NCBI RefSeq assembly: GCF_964213995.1 | Contig: NW_027590121.1 | Span: 806,001 to 870,000 of the forward strand | DNA: 64,000 bases | Direction: 5' to 3' | From: Mustelus asterias | Taxonomy: Eukaryota | Shown: piece by piece, positions 62,271 through 64,000 of the stretch | How the letters are laid out: the number at the start of each line of letters is the position of its first letter | How positions within the stretch are numbered: position 1 is the stretch's first letter | The notes under the pieces: model-generated | What the model saw: only the letters and a program-made list of their open reading frames with translations | The model's database searches: none | What the model was told of the DNA's origin: nothing | Made by a program: the position numbers and the translations under genes

Positions 62271-62490
62271 AAAGCAAAATACTGCGGATGCTGGAATCTG
62301 AAACAAAAACAGAAAATGCTGGAGAAACTCAGCAGGTCTGACAGCATCTGTAGAGAGAGAATGGGGCCAACGTTCTGAGTCTGGAAGACCCATTGTCGAC
62401 AAGTGTCATCCAGACTCAAAACATTGGCTCTATTCTCTCTCCACAGACACTGTCAGACCTGCTGAGTTTCTCCAGCATTTTCTGTTTTTG
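62271..62490. mobile_element. Palindromic Penelope-type short element
   Basis: Same family as 24569-24795. Confidence 0.75.
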
Positions 62491-63010
62491 TTCCAACTGA
62501 TTCACTAATGTCCTTCACGAAAAGAAACTTGTCATCCAGGCTGGGTCTACACAAGACTCTGGGCACTGTGGGAGGAGACAGAGAGAAGTAGGAGAGGTCA
62601 GGGGTGAAGGAGAGGGATTTTATACATCAACAACTCAATGAGAACTTTGACAGAATCTCCCAAACCCTCAACCTCCATCATTAAGAAGGACTAAGATAGC
62701 AGGTAGACGTGAACACCATCACCTCCAAGTTCCCCTCCAACTCACACACCATCCTGACTTGTCTGACGTCCAGGACTAAGATAATTATTTTCCAAATCAA
62801 TACTGGGAAGTCTGAACCCATTGTCTTCAGTCCCCACTACAAACTCCACTCCCTCACCAGCAACTCTATCCCTCTTCCTGGGAACTGTCTGAGGCTGAAC
62901 CAGGCTGTTCACAATCCTGGTGAAACAGTTCATTTTAAGATGAGGTTCCAGCCACATATCCACATCATCATCAAGACCGCCTACTTCCACCTCAGTGACA
63001 TCGCCCGACT

Positions 63011-63850
63011 CAGTGGCAGGTTACAGAGGGACATAGATACGCTGCAGAGCTGGGCTCTGGAGTTTAATGCGGAAAAGTGTGAGGTGATTCACTTTGGAAG
63101 GAGTAACAGGAATACAGAGTACTGGGCTAATGGTAAGATACTTGGTAGTGTGGATGAACAGAGGGATCTGGGTGTCCATGTGCATAGATCCCTGAAAGTT
63201 GGCACCCAGGTTGATAGGGTTGTTAAGAAGGCATACGGTCTGTCAGCTTTTATTGGTAGAGGGATTGAGTTTCGGAGCCAGGAGGTCATGCTGCAACTGT
63301 ACAAAACTCTGGTGCGGCCGCATTTGGAGTATTGCGTACAGTTCTGGTCGCCGTATTATAGGAAAGATGTGGAAGTGTTGGAAAGGGTGCAGAGGAGATT
63401 TACCAGGATGTTGCCTGGTATGGTGGGAAAATCGTATGAGGAAAGGCTGAGGGGCTTGAGGTTGTTTTCGTTAGAGAGAAGAAGGTTAAGAGGTGACTTA
63501 ATAGAGGCATACAAGATGATCAGAGGATTAGATAGGGTGGATAGTGAGAGCCTTTTTCCTCAGATGGTGTTGGCTAGCACGAGGGGACATAGTTTTAAAT
63601 TGAGGGGTGAGAGATACAGGACAGATGTTAGAGGTAGGTTCTTTACTCAGAGAGTAGTAAGGGTGTGGAATGCCCTGCCTGCAGCAGTGGTGGACTCGTC
63701 AACGTTGAGAGCGTTCAAGTGGTTATTGGATAAACATATGGATAATATTGGAATAGTGTAGATTAGAGGGGCTTTAGATTGGTACCACTGGTCGGCGCAA
63801 CATCGAGGGACGAAGGGCCTGTACTGCGCTGTAATGTTCTATGTTCTATG
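63011..63850 (+). mobile_element. Young 5'-truncated CR1 LINE inserted in an old L2 fragment, TSD gactc
   Basis: Uninterrupted RT C-terminal ORF; (tgttcta)n tail. Confidence 0.9.
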
Positions 63851-63920
63851 ACTCCGCCCCAGTCTCAGCTTATCTGGAACCCTCATCCATTCTATTGTGA
63901 CGTCACACTCACTCTCCATT

Positions 63921-64000
63921 GAACAAAGAACAAAGAACAGTACAGCACAGGAAACAGGCCCTTCGGCCCTCCAAGCCTGTGCCGCCCCTTGGTCCAACTA
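63921..64000 (-). mobile_element. HER1/CR1 3' end
   Basis: (aacaaag)n tail followed by acagcacaggaaacaggcccttcgg. Confidence 0.8.

Noticed and set aside
62709-63761. 350-aa ORF as a gene
   Set aside because: Chance fusion of L2 remnant and CR1 RT C-terminus
63850-63910. GC box and CRE (gtgacgtcac) as ZF12 promoter
   Set aside because: Continuation of the L2 remnant mirrored at 56680-56760

Overview
Vertebrate, most likely shark (HE1/V-SINEs, HER1/CR1 LINEs), repeat-rich genomic window. It holds a tandem cluster of 12 paralogous single-coding-exon C2H2 zinc-finger genes (called ZF1-ZF12 here). Seven have long open arrays (two of them with a frameshifted tail) and five are disabled. The 3'UTR of a 13th copy lies at the left edge. 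No KRAB/SCAN/BTB domain is visible. Instead, every paralog keeps one atypical N-terminal finger (W-K-C-x-D-C-G-K-x-F-N-Y-P-S-x-L-E-x-H-R-R-x-H), while the downstream fingers are duplicated, shuffled and decayed. Eight genes sit as four head-to-head pairs around CpG-rich NRF1/YY1/CCAAT promoters. The window also contains an orphan TCR alpha/delta-type V pseudogene with an RSS, a tRNA-Leu + tRNA-Gly + LINE-tail chimeric retrocopy nested in a CR1 LINE, a Penelope element and short palindromic elements carrying hammerhead-ribozyme cores, an rpl37a 5' fragment, and many SINE/LINE fragments. All calls were made by eye; repeat boundaries are approximate.
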